Below are positions 8,096-18,201 of a DNA stretch of 64,000 nucleotides, piece by piece. The position numbers and the translations under genes are program-made. Position 1 is the first letter of the stretch. The number at the start of each line of letters is the position of its first letter. The stretch comes from Candidatus Sericytochromatia bacterium (GTDB lineage: Bacteria; Cyanobacteriota; Sericytochromatia; S15B-MN24; UBA4093). The notes below the pieces were generated by a model that was not told where the DNA came from, did not search any database, and saw only the letters and a program-made list of their open reading frames with translations. Location: the NCBI GenBank assembly GCA_036676495.1, contig JAKFCT010000029.1, positions 64,001-128,000 of the forward strand, written 5' to 3'.

Positions 8096-9812
8096 CTGGG
8101 ACCGCCCCACGGCGCTCTTCGCCTTCCTCTTGCTCTTGCCCTTGCTGGCCTTGATGGCGAGGGCGATCGCCCGCCTCCGCCACCGCCGCGATCGCTTCGC
8201 CGAAGGCCCTGCCCTCGACCGGATGGCCGTTTCCGGGAACGAAGGAGAAATCCTCGTTCGCATGGCCCTGACCTCCGCGGCCCTCGCCCTGGGGATCCTC
8301 GCCCTGGCGGGACCGCGCTGGGGCGGGCATCTCGGCAGCCTCCTGCCCGGCGAGTCGCCTTCCCTGGTCGTCGCGCTGGACGTCTCCCAGAGCATGCTCG
8401 CCGACGACCTCGAAGGAGGCCGCTTCACCCGCGCCCGGGCCGTCATGACCGAGGTCGTGGAAGGGCTTCCCGGCTGGCGCGTCGGCCTGGTCGCCTTCGC
8501 CGACGAAGCCCAGGTCTTCTGCCCGATGACGACGGATGCGGGGGCGCTGATCACCCTGGCGCAGCGAGCCCGCCCCGGCGCGGAGCTGAAGGGGGGCTCG
8601 AACCTGGAAGTCGCCCTCGCCACCAGCCAGGAGCTCCTGGGCAACCGTCCCGGCGCCATCCTTCTGCTGACCGACGGGGAGCAGCTCGCGGGCGACGCCT
8701 CGAAGGCCCTGCGGACCCTCAAGGAATCGGGAACTCAGCTGCTCGCCCTCGGCATCGGCACCGAGCGCGGAGGCAAGATCGCCTCGGGCACGGATCTCTT
8801 CGGCCAGGCCATCTACCGGACGTACCGGGGCGAACTGGTGATCAGCCGGCTCGACGAGCGCGGCCTCAAGGCCCTCGCCGGCAACGCGGGAGGGCATTAC
8901 CTCAACGCCCATGCCCCCGAGGCCGGCCCCCGGGCCGTGCAGCTCCTCACGGAGCGCTGGGGAGGAGCCCAGAGCGGGGAGGCGGGCCTCTCGCTGGCCG
9001 CCTGGCCCATGGTCCTCTGCCTTTTGCTCTTGATCGCCGAGACGACCTTCTCCGCCCGGCGGCGACTCGCCAAGCTGAGCTTCCCGCGGGTGCTGGATAG
9101 CGTCCTGAAGCGTTCGGGCCATCTGATCGCCGTCCTCGCGCTCACCCAGCTCGCATGGACCTGGCCCTGGAGCGGCGCCCTCGGCGAGGCCGCCCGGTCC
9201 TACGAGAAAGGCGATTACCCCGCGGCCGTCTCCCAGCTGGAGCGCGCCGTCGCGGCGAAGCCCGACGATCCGCGCTTGCTGTATGACCTGGGATGCAGCC
9301 GGTACCAGAGCGGGGACTTTCCGGGGGCGGCGATCGCCTTCAAAAAAGCCCTCGATCGCCTTCCGCCCGACTCGAAACTCCTCCCGTGGGCTCATTACAA
9401 CCTTGGCAACGCCCTGTTCAGGCAGTCAGAGCAAGCCAAGGACGGGAAGGGACTGTTGAAGGAGGCCGCGAAATCGTACGAGGCGGCCCTGGAGATCGCC
9501 CCGGAGGACGAGGACGCGCAGCATAACCTGGCGGTGGTCAAGGCGCGCCTGAGCGACGAGCCCGGCCGCCCCAACCCGCCGAGCGCGTCGGGGCAAGGGA
9601 ACTCGACGGGCTCGGGCGACGTCCCTGATCTACCGGCCCCCGATCAGGCCGAGATCGAGGCAACCCTGGACGCCCTGGAGCATGACGAGCGGCAGCGGCA
9701 GTCGGAAGCCGCCGAGGCGCCGCCGCAGACCCCGGCGACGGCGGGAGACCTGATGCGGCAATTGCTGCGCCAGGGTCCCGAAAGCTCCCAGCCGGACCGG
9801 AAAGACTGGTAG
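8088..9812 (+). CDS. BatB-like VWA protein fused to a BatC-like TPR domain
   Basis: LALAGPRWG, MIDAS DVSQS, LLTDGE; then a TM segment and TPRs (HYNLGNALF, AQHNL); ends in KDW. Confidence 0.85.
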   Translation: MLSWDRPTALFAFLLLLPLLALMARAIARLRHRRDRFAEGPALDRMAVSGNEGEILVRMALTSAALALGILALAGPRWGGHLGSLLPGESPSLVVALDVSQSMLADDLEGGRFTRARAVMTEVVEGLPGWRVGLVAFADEAQVFCPMTTDAGALITLAQRARPGAELKGGSNLEVALATSQELLGNRPGAILLLTDGEQLAGDASKALRTLKESGTQLLALGIGTERGGKIASGTDLFGQAIYRTYRGELVISRLDERGLKALAGNAGGHYLNAHAPEAGPRAVQLLTERWGGAQSGEAGLSLAAWPMVLCLLLLIAETTFSARRRLAKLSFPRVLDSVLKRSGHLIAVLALTQLAWTWPWSGALGEAARSYEKGDYPAAVSQLERAVAAKPDDPRLLYDLGCSRYQSGDFPGAAIAFKKALDRLPPDSKLLPWAHYNLGNALFRQSEQAKDGKGLLKEAAKSYEAALEIAPEDEDAQHNLAVVKARLSDEPGRPNPPSASGQGNSTGSGDVPDLPAPDQAEIEATLDALEHDERQRQSEAAEAPPQTPATAGDLMRQLLRQGPESSQPDRKDW

Positions 9813-9863
9813 AATGTCAAACATTGGGCTAGCCATCCCGCATGGCACTGGAAGGAGGATCCC

Positions 9864-10493
9864 TTGAAGCAGTTGATTCCCGCCCTCGCGCTCGTCGCGG
9901 TCGCGCCGCTGGCGCTCAGCCCGCTCTCGGCCATGGCGGCTCCCCCGGCGGCCTTCACCGCCACGGGAACGGCCTTGCTGCATGCCAACGGCAAGACGAC
10001 TGAGACCCGGACTCCCGTCAAGGTCTACTACCAGCAGGGGCAGATGCGCCTCGAGCTGAAGAATCCGGATTACGGCGACTCGGTGGTCCTCGTCCAGAAG
10101 GGCAAGAGCACGATGACGCTGATGGATCCGAAGCAGAAGATGGCCTTCACGGTGACTCCGGACGCCATGTCCCAGGCCGACAACCAGATCGCCATGAAGC
10201 AGCTGACGGATTTGACCGGCTGGAAGGGCCTGCTCCAGAAACAGGGCAAGCGTCTTGGCGGCACGCAGGTGATGGCGGGTCAGACCTGCTCGCTCTGGCA
10301 GACCACCCAGGGCAAGGCCACGACCAAGGTCTGGTTCGCGGATGCCCTCGAGCTGCCGATGCAGATCGAGACCGTGGTTTCCGGCAAGCCGACCTTCTCG
10401 CTCACCATCCAGTCGATCTCGACCGGCGGCAGCCACGGAGCCAACCTCTTCAAGGTCCCGGCCGACTTCACCCGGGCCGAACTCCAGAACTAG
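9864..10493 (+). CDS. Secreted DUF4412/LolA-like-fold protein
   Basis: AAGGAGG RBS, TTG start, signal peptide; MRLE, LGGTQVMAGQTC..W, KVWF...LPMQ, LFKVPADF. Confidence 0.7.
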   Translation: MKQLIPALALVAVAPLALSPLSAMAAPPAAFTATGTALLHANGKTTETRTPVKVYYQQGQMRLELKNPDYGDSVVLVQKGKSTMTLMDPKQKMAFTVTPDAMSQADNQIAMKQLTDLTGWKGLLQKQGKRLGGTQVMAGQTCSLWQTTQGKATTKVWFADALELPMQIETVVSGKPTFSLTIQSISTGGSHGANLFKVPADFTRAELQN

Positions 10494-10509
10494 CGCCCGC
10501 CGCACGCGC

Positions 10510-10556
10510 TCCAAACCGAACGCCCCCGAGCCAGGCTCGGGGGCGTTCGGTTTGGA
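10510..10556. terminator. Bidirectional terminator (perfect 23-bp inverted repeat)
   Basis: TCCAAACCGAACGCCCCCGAGCC-A-GGCTCGGGGGCGTTCGGTTTGGA between convergent genes. Confidence 0.85.
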
Positions 10557-10558
10557 AT

Positions 10559-10786
10559 TTAGTCCTCGTTGGGCTCGGGCATGTTGTCCAGCAGGGTCTG
10601 GACTTCGTCCCGGTAATCCTCGTAGTCCTCGATGCTGAGGGTCTCGCCCTCGGCGGCATCCTCTTCGAGGGCCTTGGGGTTCTCGGTGTAGAAGGTGATC
10701 TCCTCGTCGATGTCCTCGAGGCGCTCTTCGAGCAGGTCGCGGAGGATGTTGAGCTGTTGGTCCGTAACGGTGATGGTGTGCTTCAT
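10559..10786 (-). CDS. Small, very acidic hypothetical protein (75 aa, MKHTITVTDQQ...)
   Basis: GAAAGGA RBS; start overlaps the upstream stop (ATGA); typical high-GC3 codons; it is the tail of listed ORF 10559..11380. Confidence 0.8.
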   Translation of the reverse strand: MKHTITVTDQQLNILRDLLEERLEDIDEEITFYTENPKALEEDAAEGETLSIEDYEDYRDEVQTLLDNMPEPNED

Positions 10787-11520
10787 TGAGGGTTCCTTTC
10801 GTTGAAGAGCACGGTGGCGGCAACCTGACGGGCTGCCCAGGCACTGGCGAAGAGCATGGCGATCGCCGTCGCGTCCACCACTCCCGCCAGGGCCCCGAAG
10901 TGATCGCGGGGCATCAAGGGGACGAGCGAGAGCCTGATCGGAATCACGATCACGGCTCCCATCCAGCCCAGCAGCACGGCCTCGGCGCGGTGGATCCGAT
11001 CCTTCGGCAGCTCGGTCCCCCACCAGTGCCAGAGCGCCACGCAGAAGACCGTGAGGCCCCAGGCGTAGACCCAGCCCCAGTGCACCAGGGGATCGGCCGG
11101 CCAGGCGAGATCCGACATGGCCAGGAAGAAGGCCAGTGCCAGCGCCAGGGTCGATCCGAGCGGCAAGCCCATGCCGAATCCCGGTCCGAGTCCTGGCAAG
11201 CGAATGACCGGATGCGCCGCCGCCAGCGCCCAGAGCGGCAAGCCCAGGAGCGCGGCGAACACGACGCCATGCGTCCATCCGCCAGCATACCCCAGAAGCT
11301 GGAGTCCGAGTAGTAGCAGACTCGCCACGCTCCAGAAACTCCGGGAAACGGGGCTCGTCACCCAAGCCACGGCGATCCACCCCAGCGCGAAGGCCGTGCC
11401 CAGGGCATGAAAGGGGCTTCCGAAGAGTCCGTTCCCCAGGAGAAGGGCCACTCCGTTGAGCAAAAGGGCGAAGAGCGCCCCCAGCAAGAGCCAGAACAAG
11501 CCCTCCTGCGGCCTAGTCAT
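10783..11520 (-). CDS. Multi-pass membrane hypothetical protein
   Basis: About 8 hydrophobic segments; GGGAGG RBS before MTRPQ. Confidence 0.7.
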   Translation of the reverse strand: MTRPQEGLFWLLLGALFALLLNGVALLLGNGLFGSPFHALGTAFALGWIAVAWVTSPVSRSFWSVASLLLLGLQLLGYAGGWTHGVVFAALLGLPLWALAAAHPVIRLPGLGPGFGMGLPLGSTLALALAFFLAMSDLAWPADPLVHWGWVYAWGLTVFCVALWHWWGTELPKDRIHRAEAVLLGWMGAVIVIPIRLSLVPLMPRDHFGALAGVVDATAIAMLFASAWAARQVAATVLFNERNPQ

Positions 11521-11692
11521 GAGGCCCTCCCAGCAGCCAGCCCGCCTCCAGCCCCAGAGCAAGCAGCGCCAAGGGGATCAGCAAGAGCAACAAGAGCCAG
11601 GAAAGGCCGATCAGCCAGGTATTCAGGGACGTGGATCGCTCGGCCGCGAGGGCATCGGGGTCTCGGACGGGGGAAGGCGGGTTCAGGGCCAT
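11513..11692 (-). CDS. Small single-TM protein (59 aa)
   Basis: AAGGAGG RBS before MALNPP; long Leu-rich TM segment; overlaps the next gene's start. Confidence 0.6.
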   Translation of the reverse strand: MALNPPSPVRDPDALAAERSTSLNTWLIGLSWLLLLLLIPLALLALGLEAGWLLGGPHD

Positions 11693-11811
11693 GGGGGGGG
11701 CCTCCTTCGATCGCATGCCGTTCGCTGATGCTACCTCGCTTGCTTGGTTCGAGCTTCTTGGGGGCGGCCGAAAGGCATCGGCCAAAGCGCCCTAACTCGC
11801 CAAGCCCGTCG

Positions 11812-13257
11812 CTACCCGACGTTGCGCTTGGCCTGCTGCCAGAGTTCCTCGAGGGCGTCGAGGTCCAGGGAGTCGTAGCGATCGCCCGCCAGCTTCTCCA
11901 TCTCCCGGAAGCGCCGCAGGAAACGCGCGTTCGTCTCGCGCAGGGCCTCCTCGGGATCGACCTTCAGCCAGCGCGCCAGGTTCACGACCGCCATCAGGAC
12001 GTCGCCCACCTCGTGCGCGAGCTTCGCGCGATCGCCCGACGGCAGCTCGGCCTCCACCTCGCCGAGCTCCTCGCGGATCTTGGCGAGCACGCCATGGACG
12101 TCCGGCCACTCGAAGCGGGCCTTGGCCGCCTTGGACTGGATCTTCTCCGAGGCCGTGAGGGCCGGCAGCGGCAAGGGAACGCCAGAGATCCGCGACTCGG
12201 GCTGGGCCGCTTGCAGCTGTGCGGCCTGCTTCTCCTCGGCCTTGATCTCCTCCCAGCGCTGCTTGACCTCGCCGGCGGTATCCAAGGTGTCCTCCCCGAA
12301 GACATGGGGGTGCCGCCGGACGAGCTTCACGGCGAGCCCTTCCGCCACGTCCTCGATGTTGAAGAGGCCTTCCTCCTCGAAGATCTGCGCCTGGAGCACG
12401 ACCTGAAGAAGCAGGTCTCCCAGCTCCTCCTCGATCGCGTCGGGATCGTCCCGGTCGATGGCGTCGACGACCTCGTAGGCCTCCTCGAGCACGTACTTGC
12501 GCAGGCTCTGGGGAGTTTGCTCGCGATCCCAGGGGCAGCCGCCGGGAGCTCTCAGGCGGGCGATGATGTCGACGGCCCGGTACAGCCCCCGCTTGGCCCG
12601 AGGCGGGACGTAGAGGCTCGTGAGGTAGTCGATCCAGGGAAGCCGATCGATCTCGTAGAGCGGGACGGTCACGACCCGCTCCTGGCCCTCGATGCCCGCC
12701 GCGCGGATGATCACCACCTCGGCGTCATCCGGCAGGTGGCGCATCAGGGCGAGCTTGACGTCGGAGGCGACGGCCGGGGAGTAGAGCTGCAGGATCAGGG
12801 TGGGAACCTCGGGCTGCAGGGTCGCGCCTTCCATGGCGAGCCCGTCGAGGATCCGCAGGCCCTGGTTGGGGTCGATGCCGAGGCGGGCGTAAATGACCTC
12901 CAGGGCGCTCATGCCAGGCACGATCCGGATGGGGACCTCGGTCTGCTTGAGGAGCATGTGGACCGTGTCCTCGGCGACCAGGGGATGGCCGGGAACGGCG
13001 TAGACCAGGTCCGCGTCGGCGCCCATCGCGAGCAGGCGGGAGACGATGGTCGCGTAGACCTCGGAGAAGGCGCGGCCGTCTTCGTAGCAGTCGTCGAAGC
13101 TCTGCCAGGAGAGGCCCCAGTCCTTGAGGGCGCTCACGGTGGGGTGCTTCTCGGTTCGCAGCCAGAGGTTGGGGAGGCCGAGGGCGTCCCGGGCGGCGAG
13201 GGTGATGAGGCCGGGGTCTCCGGGCCCCAGTCCGACGACGGTGATGGCCATGTCCAT
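11812..13257 (-). CDS. mazG: Nucleoside triphosphate pyrophosphohydrolase MazG with N-terminal tetrapyrrole-methylase domain (YabN type)
   Basis: VVGLGPGD..LIT and YAVPGHP; LR.PGGCPWDREQT, EEAYEV, EELGDLLLQV, RRHPHVF; second MazG repeat EVGDVL. Confidence 0.95.
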   Translation of the reverse strand: MDMAITVVGLGPGDPGLITLAARDALGLPNLWLRTEKHPTVSALKDWGLSWQSFDDCYEDGRAFSEVYATIVSRLLAMGADADLVYAVPGHPLVAEDTVHMLLKQTEVPIRIVPGMSALEVIYARLGIDPNQGLRILDGLAMEGATLQPEVPTLILQLYSPAVASDVKLALMRHLPDDAEVVIIRAAGIEGQERVVTVPLYEIDRLPWIDYLTSLYVPPRAKRGLYRAVDIIARLRAPGGCPWDREQTPQSLRKYVLEEAYEVVDAIDRDDPDAIEEELGDLLLQVVLQAQIFEEEGLFNIEDVAEGLAVKLVRRHPHVFGEDTLDTAGEVKQRWEEIKAEEKQAAQLQAAQPESRISGVPLPLPALTASEKIQSKAAKARFEWPDVHGVLAKIREELGEVEAELPSGDRAKLAHEVGDVLMAVVNLARWLKVDPEEALRETNARFLRRFREMEKLAGDRYDSLDLDALEELWQQAKRNVG

Positions 13258-13312
13258 TGCTCCAATCAATCATGATTCCGCGGAAGATCCGCCCTACCAG
13301 CATACCAAGAGA

Positions 13313-13341
13313 ACGAGCCTCCCGGATCCCGGGAGGCTCGT
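13313..13341 (-). terminator. Terminator-like hairpin after prsA
   Basis: ACGAGCCTCCCGG-ATC-CCGGGAGGCTCGT with a T-rich tail on the minus strand. Confidence 0.7.
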
Positions 13342-13355
13342 CTTGGGACTTGAGT

Positions 13356-14480
13356 TTAGTCGTGGCTGCCCTTGGGGTGGCCGTGCTCGTCGAGCTCGAC
13401 GGGAGCGCCGCCTTCGCCGGTGGGGGCTCCGGGCATGCCGGGAGGCATGCCGCCGTGGGGGTCAGCGGGCTTCTGGTATTCGGGCTTGATGACGATCTTG
13501 GCGTCCTTCTTCTGGGCGTCGACCCAGGTCTGGAAGGCCTGATTGCGCTCCTGGGAAAGGAGGTTCTCGCGGATCTGCTCCTTGACCTGCTCGAAGGTCT
13601 CGGTGCGGGCGGGGCGGTACTCGCCGCGCTTGATGATGTGGTAGCCGAACTGGGTCTTGAAGGGCTCGGAGACCTCGCCTTCCTTCATGGTGAAGGCGGC
13701 CTTCTCGAACTCGGGCACCATGCGGCCCTTGCCGAAGAAGCCGAGGTCGCCCCCCTGGGCGCCGGAGCCGGGGTCCTCGGAGTTCTTCTTGGCGAGCTCG
13801 GCGAAGTCGGCGCCGCCGCGGATCTGCTTGAGGAGGTCCTGGATCTTGGCCAGGGCCTTGGCGTCGTCAGCCTTGGCATCCTTGGCGGTGGCGTCGGTCT
13901 TGATCAGGATATGGGCCGCCGAGACTTCTTCGTCATGCTTGAACTGGGCCTGGTTCTCGGTGTAGAAGGCCTTCAGGCGCTCCTCGGGGACCGAGAGGTC
14001 CTTGGTGACGTCCTTCATGAGGGTCTCGATGGTCACGCCCACGGTCACCTGCTGACGCAGCTCGGCCTCGGTGGTGCCGAACTCGCCGAGGGCCTTCTTG
14101 AAGGCGGCGTCATCGGGGAATTGCTTCTTGATCTCGGCGATCTTGGCGTCGATTTCTTCCGCGGTGGGCTTGATGCCCTTCTTTTGGGCTTCGGCCAGGA
14201 GGAAGGTCTGCTCGACGAGCTGCTCGACGACTCCGGCCTTGAGCTCGGCCAGCATCGGCTTGCCCTGGGGCGAGTTGAAGTCGACGCCGAAGCGCGCCTG
14301 GTACTGCTTCTTGGCCTGTTCGAAGGCCTTGTTGTATTCCTTGGCCGAGACCTTCTGGTCGTTGACCGTCGCCACGTAGGCGTTCTGCTGGCTGACGACG
14401 TACGTGCCGCCGGCCGCTCCTCCGCCTACCAGGACGGCAGCCGCCAATCCCAGCAGGACCTTCTTCGCGTTCTTCAACAA
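13356..14480 (-). CDS. prsA: PrsA/SurA-like parvulin peptidyl-prolyl isomerase
   Basis: N-terminal anchor; SurA_N-like region (VATVNDQKV); parvulin motifs AAHILI, FAELAKKNSEDPGS..GGDLGFF, PEFEKAAF, FGYHII. Confidence 0.85.
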   Translation of the reverse strand: MLKNAKKVLLGLAAAVLVGGGAAGGTYVVSQQNAYVATVNDQKVSAKEYNKAFEQAKKQYQARFGVDFNSPQGKPMLAELKAGVVEQLVEQTFLLAEAQKKGIKPTAEEIDAKIAEIKKQFPDDAAFKKALGEFGTTEAELRQQVTVGVTIETLMKDVTKDLSVPEERLKAFYTENQAQFKHDEEVSAAHILIKTDATAKDAKADDAKALAKIQDLLKQIRGGADFAELAKKNSEDPGSGAQGGDLGFFGKGRMVPEFEKAAFTMKEGEVSEPFKTQFGYHIIKRGEYRPARTETFEQVKEQIRENLLSQERNQAFQTWVDAQKKDAKIVIKPEYQKPADPHGGMPPGMPGAPTGEGGAPVELDEHGHPKGSHD

Positions 14481-14640
14481 TCTCTCTCCTCTATCGCAAC
14501 CCGGGGGGTTGCCTCATGGTACGCCTGATGTCGAACTCGCGTTGGTCCGTCATGGCTCAAGCGTTTTGGCAGGCGTTATGAGCCTTCTGCGGCTCATCTT
14601 ACCAGAGCCTCGACTCCTCCGACAGGGGGACCGTTCCGCC

Positions 14641-17600
14641 TCACCCGACCTCCGCCAAGGCCGTGGCGCCGAGGGCATCCAAGAGCCGATCCACAGCCCC
14701 AATCAAGTCCTGGCCGTCGCGGCCCAGGGTGAGCTCCCCTTCGGACCAGTTCCAGCGGGACAGTCCCGGCGTCTTCAAGCTGAGATCCGCCCAGCGCGTG
14801 CGGGGCAGGGAGGTGGAGACCCGGATGAGCTTGGCGTCGGAACGGACCGTGCTCACTCCCACCTCGGTGGCCTTCAGCTTCAGCGCGACCACCCGCAGGA
14901 GGTTCTTGACCGCCGGGGGGGGAGGCCCGAAGCGATCGCGCCAGTCGGCTCCGAGCATGTCCAGCTCCTTGAGGCTGGCGACCACGGCCAGGCGCTTGTA
15001 CTCGTCCATCTTGCGCGCGGGCTCCTCGAACCAGTCGTCGGGAAGGTAAGCCGCCACGTTGAGGTCGATCAAGGCCTCCTCCCGCGCCGTCACCACTTCT
15101 TCGCCCTGGGCCTCCTGCACCGCCTCTTCCAGGAGCTGCATGAAGGTCTCGTAGCCGACGGCCAGCATGTTGCCGCTCTGCTCGGGGCCGAGGATGTTGC
15201 CGACGCCACGGATTTCCATGTCGCGCAGGGCGATCTGGTAGCCGGAGCCGAGGGCCGTGAACTGCTGGAGGGCCTGAAGGCGGTCGCGGGCTTCCTCCGT
15301 GAGCTCCTTGCCCGCCCTGTAGAAGCAGTGGCAGTAGGCTTTCACGTCCGAGCGTCCCACCCGGCCGCGGATCTGGTAGAGCTGCGCCAGGCCCAGGCGG
15401 TCGGCGTCGTCCACGATGATGGTGTTGGCGTTGGGGATGTCCAGGCCCGACTCGATGATGGTGGTGGCCACCAGGACGTCGTACTCGCGGTCAAGGAAGC
15501 TGAGCATGACGTCTTCGAGCTCGTGTTCGTTCATCTGGCCATGGCCCACGACGACCTTGGCCTGGGGGACCAGCTCCTGAATCTCGGCGGCCACCCGGTG
15601 GATCGAGTCGATCCGGTTATGCAGGACGAAGGCCTGGCCGCCGCGCTCCAGCTCGTGCAGGACGGCCGTGCGCAAGATCTCGGGATCGTAGGGGCTGACG
15701 GTGGTCTTGACCGGCTGGCGATCGCGCGGAGGCGTCGTGATCAGGCTCATGTCGCGGGCGCCGGAGAGGGCCAGGTAAAGGGTGCGGGGGATGGGGGTGG
15801 CGCTCATGGTGAGCACGTCGATGCTGGTCTTGAGCTGCTTGAGGCGCTCCTTGTGCGCGACGCCGAAGCGGTGCTCCTCGTCGATGACGACCAGGCCGAG
15901 ATCCTTGAAGGCGACGTCCTTCTGCAGGAGGCGGTGCGTGCCCACCACGATGTCCACTCCGCCGGTCCCGAGGGCGCGGAGGGTCTCCTTCTGCTCCTTC
16001 GCCGTACGGAAGCGGCTCATGAGGCCCAGCTTCACGGGGTAAGGGGCGAAGCGTTCGCGCAGGACCTGGTAGTGCTGGTGGGCGAGCAGGGTGGTGGGGG
16101 CCAGGACGGCGACTTGCTTGCCGCTCATGACGGCCTTGAAGATGCCGCGCAGGGCGACCTCGGTCTTGCCGAAGCCGACGTCGCCGCAAATCAGGCGATC
16201 CATGGGACGCGGGGCCTCCATGTCGCGCTTGACCTCGGTGATGGCCCGGAGCTGGTCCGGGGTCTCGTCGTAGGGGAAGCCTTCCTCCATCTCGGCTTGC
16301 CAGACCGTGTCGGCGGGGTGGGCGAAGCCGGGCTGGGCGGCGCGCTGGGCGTAAAGCTTGAGCAGGTCGAAGGCGAGCTCCTGGACGGCCTTCTTGACGC
16401 GGCTCTTGACGTTGGCCCAGTCGGCACCGCCCATCTTGTTGATGCGCGGCGCGCCGTCGGCGCCGCCGCGGTAGCGGTGCAGGAGGCCGATCTGGTCGAC
16501 CGGGACGTAGAGCTTGTCGTCCCCGCGATAGGAGATGAGCAGGTACTCGCGGGCGAGGCCGTTGACCTCGAGGCGGCGCATGCCCTGGTACTGGCCGATG
16601 CCGTGCTTGGCATGGACGACGTGGTCGCCGACGACGAGCTCTCCGATGGTGGCGATCTGGGCTCCGGCGTGCGTCGGCCGCTTTTCCTTGCGGCCGGGAC
16701 GTTTCTGCCAGCCGAAGAGCTCGTGATCGGTCAGGAGGGTGATGCCGAGGTCGGGCCAGGAGAAGCCGGCGCTGAGGCTCTCGCGGACGATCCAGGTGCC
16801 TCCGTAGGGAGCTCCGGGTTCGGGGAGGCGGCCGCCGTAGGTGGCATGGGCGCCGCGCTCGTCGAGGATGGCGAAGACGCGCTGGGGCTGGACGCTCGCG
16901 ATGACGAGGGTCTCTCCGGCCTTGGCGGCGGCCTTCACCGAGTCGGCCAGGCGGTCGAACTGGTTGCCGAAGGAAAGCGGTGCCGAGGTCTGAAGGGCGA
17001 TCGTCCCGTCGTTGGGGGTGAGGTCCAGCTGCGCGTAGGGGGCGAGGGTGTTCTGCAGTTCGTCCCAGGTGAGGTGGAGCAACTGGGGCAGCTTCGGCAT
17101 GTCGTTGGCGTTGAGGCGCTTGGAGTAGGTGTCTCCGAGCAGCTTGTTCCAGGAGGCGTACTCGCTGGCGAGGGCCTGTTTGTCGGCCCAGATGACGGGA
17201 TACTGGGTCGGGACGTAGTCGAGGAGGGTGCCGAGCCTGCCGAAGAAGGGGGCGTAAAGCTCGCAGCCTTCGAAGTACTGGAAGGAGCCGAGCTGGTCGA
17301 GGGCGGCGTCGACGATCCGCTTGAGCTTGTTGGCCTCTTCGGGGCGGCCGCCGCCGTTGAGCATGTTGACCTTCTCGCGCGTGGCGGCCTTGATGCGCGC
17401 GGCGGCCTCCTCCCAGCCCTCGGCGGGGAGGATCAGCTCACGGGTGGGCCAGAGGCGCAGCGCGTCGAGTTGTTCTTCGGAGCGCTGGGTGGCGGGGTCG
17501 AAGACGCGGATGGCGTCGATCTCGTCGCCGAAGAACTCGATGCGGGCGGGACGATCGCTCTGGGGGGGGAAGACGTCGAGGATGCCGCCGCGGCGGGAAA

Positions 17601-18105
17601 ATTCCCCTTTGTCGGCGACGGCGGGGCTGGGGCGGTAGCCGAGCTTGACGAGCTGCTGGGTGAGGGCGGCGGGGGCGAGGGTGTCGCCGACCGAGAGGGT
17701 GAGGGCAGCGTCCTTCCAGGCCTCGGGGGTGGGGAGGCGCATGGCGATCGCCTTGGGGGTGGTGATGACGCGCTTGGCTTCACCGGAGACCATGGCCGCG
17801 AGGGCGCGCTGGCGCGCATGCAGCAGCTCCTCCTCGGGGGAGACGCCCTGGTAGGGGGGGACCTCGACGGGGAGGAAGGTGACGGCGTCGACTCCGAAGG
17901 CGGCGAGATCGGATTGCCAGCGGCGGGCGGCGTCGGCGCTGGGGGCCACCAGCAGCCAGCCGTCAGCGGGAAGGCCGCCGGCCACGAAGAGGGAGGCCAT
18001 GGGGGTGAGGCCGCCGACCGAGACGGTCTTTCCGGGGGTGAGGGCGTCGGTGAGCCGCGCCGCGTCGGGATGGGCGAGGAGGTGGGCGAAGAGATCCGAA
18101 AGCAT
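14641..18105 (-). CDS. mfd: Transcription-repair coupling factor
   Basis: [14 protein letters not shown]; CarD/TRCF domain (VVHAKHGIG); [43 protein letters not shown]. Confidence 0.97.
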   Translation of the reverse strand: MLSDLFAHLLAHPDAARLTDALTPGKTVSVGGLTPMASLFVAGGLPADGWLLVAPSADAARRWQSDLAAFGVDAVTFLPVEVPPYQGVSPEEELLHARQRALAAMVSGEAKRVITTPKAIAMRLPTPEAWKDAALTLSVGDTLAPAALTQQLVKLGYRPSPAVADKGEFSRRGGILDVFPPQSDRPARIEFFGDEIDAIRVFDPATQRSEEQLDALRLWPTRELILPAEGWEEAAARIKAATREKVNMLNGGGRPEEANKLKRIVDAALDQLGSFQYFEGCELYAPFFGRLGTLLDYVPTQYPVIWADKQALASEYASWNKLLGDTYSKRLNANDMPKLPQLLHLTWDELQNTLAPYAQLDLTPNDGTIALQTSAPLSFGNQFDRLADSVKAAAKAGETLVIASVQPQRVFAILDERGAHATYGGRLPEPGAPYGGTWIVRESLSAGFSWPDLGITLLTDHELFGWQKRPGRKEKRPTHAGAQIATIGELVVGDHVVHAKHGIGQYQGMRRLEVNGLAREYLLISYRGDDKLYVPVDQIGLLHRYRGGADGAPRINKMGGADWANVKSRVKKAVQELAFDLLKLYAQRAAQPGFAHPADTVWQAEMEEGFPYDETPDQLRAITEVKRDMEAPRPMDRLICGDVGFGKTEVALRGIFKAVMSGKQVAVLAPTTLLAHQHYQVLRERFAPYPVKLGLMSRFRTAKEQKETLRALGTGGVDIVVGTHRLLQKDVAFKDLGLVVIDEEHRFGVAHKERLKQLKTSIDVLTMSATPIPRTLYLALSGARDMSLITTPPRDRQPVKTTVSPYDPEILRTAVLHELERGGQAFVLHNRIDSIHRVAAEIQELVPQAKVVVGHGQMNEHELEDVMLSFLDREYDVLVATTIIESGLDIPNANTIIVDDADRLGLAQLYQIRGRVGRSDVKAYCHCFYRAGKELTEEARDRLQALQQFTALGSGYQIALRDMEIRGVGNILGPEQSGNMLAVGYETFMQLLEEAVQEAQGEEVVTAREEALIDLNVAAYLPDDWFEEPARKMDEYKRLAVVASLKELDMLGADWRDRFGPPPPAVKNLLRVVALKLKATEVGVSTVRSDAKLIRVSTSLPRTRWADLSLKTPGLSRWNWSEGELTLGRDGQDLIGAVDRLLDALGATALAEVG

Positions 18106-18201
18106 GCTCAAGGGGCGTCGATCCATTTTCCAAGAGAATCCGGGCAAAGTGCCAGTTTACCACAGGGGAAAGCGGGGCGCGACGCGCGTCCCGCCGCGGG
18201 C

